IMG/VR virus record: IMGVR_UViG_3300022906_000005
Span: 1-35,993 of that record
Direction: 5' to 3' (one strand)
Origin: a virus
Lineage: Duplodnaviria > Caudoviricetes
Length of the DNA: 35,993 bases
Below are positions 8,143 through 16,083 of the stretch, piece by piece. Every line of letters begins with the position of its first letter. The first letter of the stretch is position 1. Made by a program: the position numbers and the translations under genes. The notes under the pieces were generated by a model. That model made no database searches, was not told the origin of the DNA, and saw only the letters and a program-made list of their open reading frames with translations.

Positions 8143-8393
8143 GCCCGCAGCCTTTCAGCGAGGGCGCCGAAGGTCCATGGTCGTTCAAACAAGGCGTTCA
8201 TGGGCTTCTCTGGTATTAGGTGCTTGTGACCGTCCGAATCCTCCCATGTCATTCCGCCCGCCACCCGCACTTGATAGCCCATCTCCCTCAGCCCTTGGCA
8301 CAGGGCGCAGTTGCCGGTATCCCAATAATCATACTCCCGATCCTTCGGCTGTTTCTCAACCCAATCAGCGAACTGTGCTTCAAGATTCTTCAT
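8139..8393 (-). CDS. Hypothetical protein
   Basis: 84 aa, coupled. Confidence 0.65.
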   Translation of the reverse strand: MKNLEAQFADWVEKQPKDREYDYWDTGNCALCQGLREMGYQVRVAGGMTWEDSDGHKHLIPEKPMNALFERPWTFGALAERLRA

Positions 8394-8623
8394 GCCAAAC
8401 CCTCCTTTTCACACAGCCCCCGAATGAGGCCGCGCCTGAGATACTTGCGAGCCACACTGAGCTGGCAGGACCGAACGAAGCCATCGGGCTCGTAGAACCC
8501 ATGGGCACGCGGGAGCGGAGGCAGCAGGCGGTCGACCGCGGCGTTGGCCTTGCGGCACAGGTCCGCGAGACGCGCGTTGCGGGCGATTGCGGCCTCGATT
8601 GTGCGGTTCTCTTCGGGGGTCAT
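8390..8623 (-). CDS. Hypothetical protein
   Basis: 77 aa, coupled. Confidence 0.55.
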   Translation of the reverse strand: MTPEENRTIEAAIARNARLADLCRKANAAVDRLLPPLPRAHGFYEPDGFVRSCQLSVARKYLRRGLIRGLCEKEGLA

Positions 8624-8901
8624 TGGGGCGCCCGCTCGGTAACGGGATCAGCAAAAAATTCGTTGGCGACGCGGAATTTGCCAAGGAGCTTGGCCAGCTC
8701 TTTACAGTCCTGCTCGACAGTTTTAGCCGTTTCGGCGTCGTCACTTTCCGCTGCGTCATGTACGAACATCGTGTGCGGGTTGTAATTGCCCCGCGCGCGC
8801 TCCGGTTCTGTAAGTTCGAAGGCAACAAATCCTCGCCCCATTTGGCTGGAGGCAAAGCTTGTCCACTTCAGTTTCGTTGTGATATCGGAAAAATCCACCA
8901 T
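8620..8901 (-). CDS. Hypothetical protein
   Basis: 93 aa, GAGGGAG RBS. Confidence 0.65.
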   Translation of the reverse strand: MVDFSDITTKLKWTSFASSQMGRGFVAFELTEPERARGNYNPHTMFVHDAAESDDAETAKTVEQDCKELAKLLGKFRVANEFFADPVTERAPQ

Positions 8902-8946
8902 CTCAAATCTCCCTCAATAACCCTTCATACTTGGTCTGTGTCGCGG

Positions 8947-9258
8947 CTAAACGGCGCTAGCCTCGTTAAACCATCCGATGTAAAAGCTAGGCACGATCTG
9001 CCTGAAAACCTCACTGCGGACGCCATCGGGGATAGATGTGGGGCGCGGAAGGCCGCTAGTGTAAGAGCGCTCATCGCTCGCCGTCCATCGATCTGCCGGA
9101 CCCGCGCCAGCAAAGCGGCCCTTCGGGGCGTTGCGGCGCTCAATAGCGTAGTGAGTAAGCGCAAACCGCAGTTCTTCGGTGCCACCGGCCTCCGTCCGGA
9201 ACCCCCAGCATTCGCGAGACAGGCCGTCTTCGGCAACCCTGTAAATGATGAGCGGCAT
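8947..9258 (-). CDS. First gene of the leftward early operon, hypothetical
   Basis: MPLIIYRVAEDG... with AGGGAG RBS, downstream of the leftward promoter. Confidence 0.6.
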   Translation of the reverse strand: MPLIIYRVAEDGLSRECWGFRTEAGGTEELRFALTHYAIERRNAPKGRFAGAGPADRWTASDERSYTSGLPRPTSIPDGVRSEVFRQIVPSFYIGWFNEASAV

Positions 9259-9303
9259 TTCGCACTCCCTTCCATCCGCCATCATCGGCGATCTGTGAGA
9301 GAG

Positions 9304-9332
9304 GTAATGGCATAGCGGAAACCGTGTGTCAA
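9304..9332 (-). promoter_or_regulatory. Leftward early promoter (PL-like)
   Basis: Minus strand TTGACA (9332-9327), N17, CATTAC (9309-9304) at the strand-switch point. Confidence 0.55.
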
Positions 9333-9358
9333 CAGCAAAACATCCATTATGTTACCGC

Positions 9359-9390
9359 TTGACAACCGCGCGCCAACTAAGCCATATGGT
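9359..9390 (+). promoter_or_regulatory. Rightward promoter (PR-like)
   Basis: TTGACA 9359-9364 followed 17-18 nt later by CCATAT/CATATG, immediately before the Cro-like gene. Confidence 0.55.
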
Positions 9391-9394
9391 GCGC

Positions 9395-9598
9395 ATGATC
9401 CATGAAGCAGAGCTAGGTGCCCTTGAGGCCCGCGCGCATGAGGCCCGCATTACGATGCGCCAGGTATGCGTCCGCGCCAAAATCCACCCTCAGAGCTGGT
9501 ACAGAGCGCGCAAGCGGGGCCGGGCTGAATATACCCTGATCGACCCGCTGGAGAAAGAACTTTCCGCAATCGAGCAAGAGAGGAGTTCGGCGGTATGA
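9395..9598 (+). CDS. Cro-like HTH regulator
   Basis: ITMRQVCVRAKIHPQSWYRARK HTH; first gene of the rightward operon; alternative start 9386. Confidence 0.65.
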   Translation: MIHEAELGALEARAHEARITMRQVCVRAKIHPQSWYRARKRGRAEYTLIDPLEKELSAIEQERSSAV

Positions 9599-9927
9599 GC
9601 GAGTTTCATGTTGGGCAGCGCGTGGTTTGTGTGGACATTGCCGGAGACGATCCGGAGTGCCCGCTTGGCCTTATCTTTCCGGGACAGACTGGCCTTGTGG
9701 GGGAAGTCGTGGAAATGAAAGATGGCGAAATCGGATTGGTGCTTGAAGGGCGCATCCATCCGGATTGGGCGGACCCAGCGTCTTGCTTCCGCCCCCTCAG
9801 GCCCAACGAAACCACAGCCCATGAATCATGGCAAGAGATGCTTACCCTTCCCTCTTTCAGCGAAGAAGAGATGGAATGCATCCGAGAGATTGACCGGATC
9901 GTTGCGGAGAATAGTCGTGGGCAATAA
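9595..9927 (+). CDS. Hypothetical protein (SH3-like N-terminus)
   Basis: FHVGQRVVCVD...FRPL pattern; ATGA coupling. Confidence 0.65.
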   Translation: MSEFHVGQRVVCVDIAGDDPECPLGLIFPGQTGLVGEVVEMKDGEIGLVLEGRIHPDWADPASCFRPLRPNETTAHESWQEMLTLPSFSEEEMECIREIDRIVAENSRGQ

Positions 9928-10261
9928 GCATTTTGGAGAAACGACGAAAACCAGCGTCAATCTCGACTTCTGGTTGATCGTCAGCCCCGGGGCAATCGGA
10001 GCATGGAACGCGCGGCCATCCGCTCGGATTACCGCCGCCGCTCCGAGCTTGGCTCGAAATGAGCGCGCGATAAATCTCAAGGTGTCGCTGCCCATAGCGC
10101 TATTCGAGACGCCAGCAATCACCGCCTCAATCACGATAGAAAATCCGGGACTCCCGGTCAATATAGACGCGCGAGCAATTGCGGAGGCCGTCCGCGGAAT
10201 TGTGGGCATGGATATAGACCTGCGGGTGAGCGAATCTTCTCAAGAGGAGCCTTCCGCATGA
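9917..10261 (+). CDS. Hypothetical protein
   Basis: GTG start with GGAG RBS; overlaps neighbours. Confidence 0.6.
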   Translation: MGNKHFGETTKTSVNLDFWLIVSPGAIGAWNARPSARITAAAPSLARNERAINLKVSLPIALFETPAITASITIENPGLPVNIDARAIAEAVRGIVGMDIDLRVSESSQEEPSA

Positions 10262-10398
10262 CCCCGCCCGTATATGGGGAATGGCCCGAGAGTGAGGACA
10301 ATGAGATTGCGGCAATCGAGCGCGCTTTGGAGTACATCCAGAAGCGGGTTTGGGACGAGGGACACAGCGCCACGCAAGTTCCTGAACAACCCCAATGA
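10258..10398 (+). CDS. Hypothetical protein (46 aa)
   Basis: Manual translation MTPPVYGEWPESEDNE...; ATGA coupling at both ends. Confidence 0.45.
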   Translation: MTPPVYGEWPESEDNEIAAIERALEYIQKRVWDEGHSATQVPEQPQ

Positions 10399-10550
10399 CC
10401 CTAGCATCCCGCACAACGACAGCCAATGCTCTGCGTCATATCGAGAGAATGAAATCCGTTCCTGAATCCGATCTTATATCAGAGATAATGGACAGGTATG
10501 AACTACCGAAAGAACGCGTTGCGGCGCTGGTGAGACAGGGGAGAAGGTGA
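10395..10550 (+). CDS. Hypothetical protein (51 aa)
   Basis: Manual translation MTLASRTTTANALRHIER...; coupled. Confidence 0.45.
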   Translation: MTLASRTTTANALRHIERMKSVPESDLISEIMDRYELPKERVAALVRQGRR

Positions 10551-10984
10551 TGGAGGAGTTTCTTGAGCCGGTCCCCGGAAAGGACGGTCTTTTGGCTATC
10601 AAAGACGTGCGCGGCTTTCTCGGTGCGCTCAAAGCGCATCTTGACCCCGTGTTTGCCGAACAGCGCGCGACGTGGGAACGCGAAGGCCCTGCCGCTATGG
10701 AACGCGCTACCGCATTGGGTATAACCATTGACAGCCTTGGGGGCAACTGCCCCGTGCAGGCCGAGGGGAGTTTTGATGCCCAGCGCTTCTACTTTCGCGC
10801 TCGTGGCGACGAATGGGAGTTTCACGCATGGATGGGGAGCGAGAAGTATCTTGAGGCGCCGAACCCCGACGAATGGTATATCGAGCATGGCTATGGCGAA
10901 GGCTATGATGCAGGATGGATGCCGCAGCACGAGGCGGTGAATTTCATATGCGAGGCCGTGACACAATATCGAGCCGCCGCATGA
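10547..10984 (+). CDS. Hypothetical phage protein
   Basis: GNCPVQAEG...FYFRARG...DAGWM; coupled. Confidence 0.7.
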   Translation: MMEEFLEPVPGKDGLLAIKDVRGFLGALKAHLDPVFAEQRATWEREGPAAMERATALGITIDSLGGNCPVQAEGSFDAQRFYFRARGDEWEFHAWMGSEKYLEAPNPDEWYIEHGYGEGYDAGWMPQHEAVNFICEAVTQYRAAA

Positions 10985-11142
10985 AAACCCTCCACGCCTT
11001 CCCTGCACTTGGAATGCATCTGGTGCCTGTGCGGGTGACAACGCCGCGGTACGGCGAAGGCGGAACAATGCCGCGCGCTTATTCGCAGATGCTGTTGTGG
11101 AACGCCAACGTCACCAAGTTTCATGAAGGGAGGCTGAGATGA
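10981..11142 (+). CDS. Hypothetical protein
   Basis: ATGA coupling on both sides. Confidence 0.4.
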   Translation: MKTLHAFPALGMHLVPVRVTTPRYGEGGTMPRAYSQMLLWNANVTKFHEGRLR

Positions 11143-11318
11143 CCGAAGAGCAGCGCCTCGCCGCCCTCGCGGATGGCGCGTTCAATCGAGCCTGCGAGGC
11201 GTTCGCGGCGGGAGACACCGATGCTCATGCTCAATTCGCAAAGCTGCATCGGATTATTGCCGAGCAATATAGCCACCTGCGCATGTCGCAAGAGGCGGCT
11301 ATTTCAACAAAGCACTGA
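11139..11318 (+). CDS. Hypothetical protein (59 aa)
   Basis: Manual translation MTEEQRLAALADGAFNRACE...; GGAGG RBS. Confidence 0.5.
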   Translation: MTEEQRLAALADGAFNRACEAFAAGDTDAHAQFAKLHRIIAEQYSHLRMSQEAAISTKH

Positions 11319-11330
11319 TGGAAAAAGCCA

Positions 11331-11495
11331 ATGATCCGCCGCCTAATTCGCTACCTCCGCCGTTCTCGCCACCCTGCGGCAATAGCGCGCCGGGAGAGAT
11401 CGAAGCTCGCCCGCTCAGCATATAACGAGGCACAAGCGAGAAACAGGAAACGAGCTATGGAGATGATTCCGTTGCTCAGGAAGGTGGACTCATAA
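11331..11495 (+). CDS. Hypothetical basic protein (54 aa)
   Basis: MIRRLIRYLRRSRH...; TAATG coupling to the MTase. Confidence 0.45.
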   Translation: MIRRLIRYLRRSRHPAAIARRERSKLARSAYNEAQARNRKRAMEMIPLLRKVDS

Positions 11496-12046
11496 TGGGC
11501 AAGCGCTCGGACTTCGCCCGCGTCGAGCGGGATTTTTATCCTACGCCCTATGAGGCGGTTGTTCCGCTCTTGCCCCATCTTAGGCCCGGCACTGCGTTCG
11601 CGGAAGTATGCGCGGGCAACGGCGCATTGATATCGCACTTGGTGCGTGCGGGCCACTGGTGCGGCTTCGCGTCCGATATTGAGCCGCTTACGCCAACCAT
11701 CCTTTCCATGGACGCGCTCGATTTGACGCCGATGAAGCTGGGCTTGGCATGGGAGTGCTTTATCACAAACCCTCCGTGGACGCGAGGGATTCTGCACGCA
11801 CTCATCGCACACCTGTCTGCGCTGGGGCCGACATGGCTGCTATTCGATGCGGATTGGCCGCACACGAAGCAGGCGATTCCGTATCTCCATTTACTGCGCA
11901 AGATTGTCGCGGTCGGGCGGGTGAAGTGGATTCCAGACAGCCCGCATACGGGCAAGGATAATTGCTGCTGGTATCTGTTCGACGCGAAGTCGACCGGTCC
12001 CGCCGTCTTCCATGGCAGGATTGATATAGCGAGGGAGCGGACGTGA
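11495..12046 (+). CDS. Phage DNA adenine methyltransferase
   Basis: DFYPTP, SAM-binding EVCAGNG, SDI, catalytic TNPPW. Confidence 0.85.
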   Translation: MGKRSDFARVERDFYPTPYEAVVPLLPHLRPGTAFAEVCAGNGALISHLVRAGHWCGFASDIEPLTPTILSMDALDLTPMKLGLAWECFITNPPWTRGILHALIAHLSALGPTWLLFDADWPHTKQAIPYLHLLRKIVAVGRVKWIPDSPHTGKDNCCWYLFDAKSTGPAVFHGRIDIARERT

Positions 12047-12399
12047 CGCTTTCGATTGAACTTCCGTGGCCCCACAAGGCGCTATGGCCCAACGGTCGCG
12101 CTCACTGGCGCACCAAGGCATCGCAAACGGCAAAACACAGGCAATGGGGCTATATCGGCGCTAGTGCAGCCATCGCATCAGCAAGGGGACTGCCCCCACG
12201 CGATGAAAGAGTGTGCCTTACGCTAACCTTCTACCCTAAGCCGAGAGGCCCGGCCCCAGACCGGGACAACGCCCTGGGGAGCTGCAAGGCATATCTCGAC
12301 GGCATCGCGCAGGCAATGGGCGTCAATGACCGCAATTTCGATGCGCGGGTGATCATCTCGGATGTTCGCAGCAGCAAGATTATCGTGGAGATCGCATGA
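12043..12399 (+). CDS. rusA: RusA-like Holliday junction resolvase
   Basis: IELPWP..LWPN.R.HW; PDRDN..K.YLDG....VND acidic catalytic pattern. Confidence 0.75.
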   Translation: MTLSIELPWPHKALWPNGRAHWRTKASQTAKHRQWGYIGASAAIASARGLPPRDERVCLTLTFYPKPRGPAPDRDNALGSCKAYLDGIAQAMGVNDRNFDARVIISDVRSSKIIVEIA

Positions 12400-13085
12400 T
12401 GCGCGTCGAGCAGATCGGGAATGCTACGCTATATCTTGGGGATGCGCGCGAGATAGTCCCGTCCTTGGCGACTCCAATTCATGCGGTGGTGGCGGATATG
12501 CCTTATGGGCTTGGCAGCGCCAGTGGAACCCTTGGTATCGCGGCGGGACACAAGCGTGGTTACGATGTTTACGACGACACGCTTGAAAACCTCCGCGCAC
12601 TAATCCCGACATTCGTTGCCGCGTTGCAAAAAGCAGGCGGCAGGGGCATTGTGACCCCCGGTCCCGCGCACGCATGGGAATATCCCAAACCTGATGCTTT
12701 TGGTAGCTTTTTTCAACCGGCCTCTACGGGAATATGCGGCTGGGGGCGCCCAACATCTCAGCCGATTTTGTACTATGGCAGGGACCCCAGAATCGGAAAG
12801 ACGATAGATCGAACGTCTATTCAAATGACGGAGCCTGCGTCCTGTCCCGAGCATCCATGCAGCAAGCCCATAAAGGCATGGTCTTGGCTAGTCTGGAAGG
12901 CGGCAGTCGATGGTGAGACGATTCTGGACCCCGTGATGGGTTCCGGCACAACCGGCGTAGCCTGCGCGCCGCTCGGGCGCACCTTCATTGGTATAGAAAT
13001 TAGCGAAACCTATTTCGATATAGCCTGCAAACGGATTGAGGATGCCCAGCGCCAGGGTGATCTATTCAAGGCGAATGTCGCATGA
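12396..13085 (+). CDS. Beta-class N4/N6 DNA methyltransferase
   Basis: TLYLGDA, DMPY (DPPY-like motif IV), HPCSKP, ILDPVMGSGTTG, FIGIEI. Confidence 0.85.
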   Translation: MMRVEQIGNATLYLGDAREIVPSLATPIHAVVADMPYGLGSASGTLGIAAGHKRGYDVYDDTLENLRALIPTFVAALQKAGGRGIVTPGPAHAWEYPKPDAFGSFFQPASTGICGWGRPTSQPILYYGRDPRIGKTIDRTSIQMTEPASCPEHPCSKPIKAWSWLVWKAAVDGETILDPVMGSGTTGVACAPLGRTFIGIEISETYFDIACKRIEDAQRQGDLFKANVA

Positions 13086-13438
13086 CCCCCACCATATCCG
13101 AGATACAGACAGCGGTATGTGAGTATTATGGGCTGAAACTGGCCGACATGACTTCGGACCAGCTATCGCCCCGTCTCTCAGGCCCGCGGCACTTGGCGAT
13201 CTATCTGTGCCTTGAGCTTACCAAGGGTACGCAATCTGCCATCGGCAGGCGATTCGGGGGCCGAGATCACAGCACGGTAGTTTACGCCCGAAGCATGGTG
13301 GCAAAGCGCCTCGCGAACGATCCGGAAACCGCGGAAGCGGAACGCTCGATCCGAGCTGCGATTGGCCGCGCTGTTGAGATTCGGGACGTATTCACCCTTC
13401 CGCCTGATTTGAGGCCAACGGGGTTGCGCTGGGGATGA
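13082..13438 (+). CDS. Stand-alone DnaA C-terminal (domain IV) HTH protein
   Basis: ISEIQTAVCEYYGL...RHLAIYL...IGRRFGGRDHSTVVYA matches the DnaA domain IV signature; no AAA+ domain. Confidence 0.85.
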   Translation: MTPTISEIQTAVCEYYGLKLADMTSDQLSPRLSGPRHLAIYLCLELTKGTQSAIGRRFGGRDHSTVVYARSMVAKRLANDPETAEAERSIRAAIGRAVEIRDVFTLPPDLRPTGLRWG

Positions 13439-14004
13439 AACCGAAAGCCTACGATCCTCTTTTGCTGCGCCTCGCGGAGCTGGCGAAAGTCAGGCCGCCG
13501 CACGTGCATCATTGCCTTCACGCCATAGCAGAAAGCCGGGGCAAGTTCAACGCGGCGGCCTATGCCGCGTTCTCCAATCTCGACGTTGCCCATGTAACAC
13601 GAATGCTCGACGTGTTCGAAAAAGAGGGGATTCTTGACACGACGCCTCGGGAAGCCGGGCCTAGGGCATCCCGTCTGCCCGCGGACTTCGTGATGCCTCC
13701 CGAGTGGATCATGTGGGCGCAGACGCAGCGCGCATGGACGCGAGACGTTGCAGAGACCGAGGCCGCCAGCTTTATAGACTATTGGCACGCACAGCCCGGC
13801 CTGAGAGGCCTCAAGACCGATTGGGAAGCGACATGGCGCAATTGGGTTCGTCGCTCACATACCCCCAATGGCGAGCCAGTGAAGGCCAAGGCCGATCCCG
13901 AGGTATTCCGCCAGCTCTGCAAGCAGCAGATAGAGCATTTCACCCGGACGCGGAATGACAGGGAAGTGCGGAACTGGCGGCGCAAGCTGGAAGAGGCGGG
14001 TTAG
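13435..14004 (+). CDS. Putative phage replication initiator (DnaT-like C-terminal domain)
   Basis: RLPADF..P.EW...FIDYW...KTDWEATWRNWVRR motif of lambdoid replication proteins. Confidence 0.65.
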   Translation: MKPKAYDPLLLRLAELAKVRPPHVHHCLHAIAESRGKFNAAAYAAFSNLDVAHVTRMLDVFEKEGILDTTPREAGPRASRLPADFVMPPEWIMWAQTQRAWTRDVAETEAASFIDYWHAQPGLRGLKTDWEATWRNWVRRSHTPNGEPVKAKADPEVFRQLCKQQIEHFTRTRNDREVRNWRRKLEEAG

Positions 14005-14660
14005 TCCCACGAATCCAGCCGTGACCAATCGGCAACCGAGCGCTTGGCCCGCAATATTTCCTGCCCCTTCTCGCTTGCCCAAAATTGCTTCGATTTCGCG
14101 CGGCCCAATTTTTTCGCTCGCGGCTTTCTATCTTTGTCCTTCATATAGTTTCACTCTCACCCAGTAGGTATCTGACCTTTGGTGAAACCCGAGCGAAGCA
14201 GGCACAGGACGACAAGCCCCTACCATGTAGAAGCCTGTCCGACCCGCTTCAGTCGATTGCTGACCTTCGGAGCCAACCCTCGCATTACAGGCCTTCTGGG
14301 ATGAGAGTATCCAGAAGTTGGCCGCAGCTTGTGACGGTTTCTCTCCCGCCAGTCATCCCCGCTCGGCCTTTCGGACTCGGGTTGCGCTTTGATGACGCCC
14401 CTTCTGGTAACGCGAACCGTCCGCACGCCAGAGGATTTAGCGAACCCATGCGAACGCGGGGATAATGCCAAAACCAAACGGGGCTTGCAACTTTTTTCTG
14501 ACGCGTGTATTGAGGAGCGAGCGGCGTGAAAGCGCCGCATCGCCGGGCCACGGAAAAGTGCAAGCCCCTCGGATAGGCCGCGAACCCCGTCCGAGGGGCT
14601 TCGCACGTCTGGCGCCCAGCTAACCCATTATAAACCCTCAGACACGAGATAATTACGCGA
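14005..14660. other. Long structured non-coding control region (candidate origin/ncRNA/attenuator)
   Basis: No credible CDS; AT-rich 14081-14160; stems 14293-14299/14311-14317, 14401-14407/14428-14434, 14521-14538 (GAAA loop), 14562-14573/14590-14601. Confidence 0.5.
14485..14513 (+). promoter_or_regulatory. Putative sigma70 promoter
   Basis: TTGCAA 14485-14490, N17, TATTGA 14508-14513. Confidence 0.4.
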
Positions 14661-14666
14661 GAGGGC

Positions 14667-14695
14667 TTGACAGCCTCCCGGATCGCAGGCAGCAT
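14667..14695 (+). promoter_or_regulatory. Putative promoter of the Cas7-like cassette
   Basis: TTGACA 14667-14672, N17, CAGCAT 14690-14695; GGAG RBS before ATG 14734. Confidence 0.5.
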
Positions 14696-14733
14696 CACAC
14701 TCGGCAAATGGGCCACGCTATTGGAGTCAACGC

Positions 14734-15291
14734 ATGAAGACGATCACAGCTCGCCTGACGAGCATTTCCCCTTACTCGCAGTCTCGGCATTACGATACCC
14801 CGAAGCTCGAACGCGAGCTGGCGAAGGATTACGAATCGCGGACGTGGCGCGACCGCCTGCACGCAGACAAGGACGGGATGGTCTTCATTCCTCCGATGGC
14901 CTTCAAGAACGCACTGGCGGAGGCCGCGAAGTTCATGTCGGTACAGATTCCCGGCAAGGGCAAGAGCACCTACACCAAGCACTTCGAGGCCGGTGTGCTG
15001 GTAATGGACCCTCTCCCGCTCGGAATCCACAAGAATGACGTGACCGGCGAATGGCTGTTCGTCCCCAGCGACGGTCGCCGCGGCTCCGGCTCGCGCGTCG
15101 ACAAGTGCTTCCCCATTATTCCCGAGTGGACGGGCGACGTGACGTTTCATGTGCTCGACGATATCATTCGAGAGGACGTGTTCCGCCAGCATCTTGAGGC
15201 GGCGGGCAAGTTCATCGGCATTGGCCGCTTCCGGCCCCGCAACAACGGCTTCTATGGCCGGTTCAGCGTGGACGATATGACGGTCGAGTAA
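14734..15291 (+). CDS. Stand-alone Cas7/RAMP-like RNA-binding protein (candidate Vipr-like effector)
   Basis: N-terminal beta strand ITARLTSISP; FIPPMAFKNALAEAA (cf. RAMP IPgsslKGalR helix); C-terminal Gly-rich loop GIGRFRPRNNGFYGRFSV; followed at once by periodic non-coding tracts. Confidence 0.7.
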   Translation: MKTITARLTSISPYSQSRHYDTPKLERELAKDYESRTWRDRLHADKDGMVFIPPMAFKNALAEAAKFMSVQIPGKGKSTYTKHFEAGVLVMDPLPLGIHKNDVTGEWLFVPSDGRRGSGSRVDKCFPIIPEWTGDVTFHVLDDIIREDVFRQHLEAAGKFIGIGRFRPRNNGFYGRFSVDDMTVE

Positions 15292-15302
15292 TTACGCTAG
15301 CA

Positions 15303-15369
15303 GGCTGCGCCTGGCTGGTCTCGACTGGTCGCGGCAAGGTGCGGCAAGTCCGTGTGACGCAAGGCAAGA
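15303..15369 (+). ncRNA. Pentamer-periodic tract A (GGY-NN-like, 13 units), candidate guide RNA
   Basis: ggctg cgcct ggctg gtctc gactg gtcgc ggcaa ggtgc ggcaa gtccg tgtga cgcaa ggcaa g; position 3 always C/T. Confidence 0.75.
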
Positions 15370-15394
15370 AACACACGGGCTGATATTAGTATGC

Positions 15395-15509
15395 GGCGGC
15401 GCGAGTCGCGGCTGGGTACGGTTGGGCACGTCGCCTCCTTGTGAGGCAAGGTGAGGCAATGCCGGTCCAGTTAAGTCGCGTTAACGCGGGGCATAACAAG
15501 TCAAGGTTC
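15395..15509 (+). ncRNA. Pentamer-periodic tract B (23 units, possibly two fused units), candidate guide RNA(s)
   Basis: ggcgg cgcga gtcgc ggctg ggtac ggttg ggcac gtcgc ctcct tgtga ggcaa ggtga ggcaa tgccg gtcca gttaa gtcgc gttaa cgcgg ggcat aacaa gtcaa ggttc; position 3 always C/T. Confidence 0.75.
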
Positions 15510-15526
15510 AACATGGAGTCAGTGGA

Positions 15527-16012
15527 ATGGCACAGACAATTGCAGAACAGGCGGTCGATACGCGGCTTTTGGTGGGAATTCTATCCAAGGCGGCCATAGG
15601 CCAGGAATTCACTTACCAGCGCCTGAGCGCTGAATTGGGGCGAAAGATCGTCGGCAACGATTCGAATCTCATGTCGGCCCGCAAGATCGTGCAGCGGGAT
15701 TTCGATATCGTATTCGACGTGCAGCGCGGCCACGGTATCAGGCGCCTCTCGGACCCCGAGATCGTTGCGCTCGGCGACCGGCTTACGGGCAAGGTTCGCC
15801 GCGCCGCCCGGCGTACCGTAAGGCAGGTCAGCCTAGCTCGGGACGAGCATTTGTCCAAGGATGAGATCGTGCACCGCAACGCCGTGGTGAGCATGGCCGG
15901 GGCGATCATGCACATGGCGACGCGGAGCAACGTGGCGAAGCTGGAAAGCGCCGTCCGCGTGAATGCCGCGGAGCTGCCGGTGGGCAAGACGTTGGAGCTG
16001 TTCAAGAGTTAA
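15527..16012 (+). CDS. Accessory protein embedded between the tracts (possible N-terminal winged HTH)
   Basis: GQEFTYQRLSAELG...VFDVQRGHGIRRL wHTH-like pattern then a basic helical region; GGAG RBS. Confidence 0.65.
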   Translation: MAQTIAEQAVDTRLLVGILSKAAIGQEFTYQRLSAELGRKIVGNDSNLMSARKIVQRDFDIVFDVQRGHGIRRLSDPEIVALGDRLTGKVRRAARRTVRQVSLARDEHLSKDEIVHRNAVVSMAGAIMHMATRSNVAKLESAVRVNAAELPVGKTLELFKS

Positions 16013-16015
16013 CGT

Positions 16016-16072
16016 GGCAACGCGTGATGGGGCACGGCATGGTTTGGCGAAGTGATGCATAATGAGGCAAGG
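16016..16072 (+). ncRNA. Pentamer-periodic tract C (11 units), candidate guide RNA
   Basis: ggcaa cgcgt gatgg ggcac ggcat ggttt ggcga agtga tgcat aatga ggcaa gg. Confidence 0.75.
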
Positions 16073-16083
16073 AAATATCGTCA

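Noticed and set aside
14085-14716. ORFs 14085-14465, 14220-14606 and 14285-14716
   Set aside because: Non-ATG starts, no RBS, Arg/Pro/Ser-rich shadow-ORF composition
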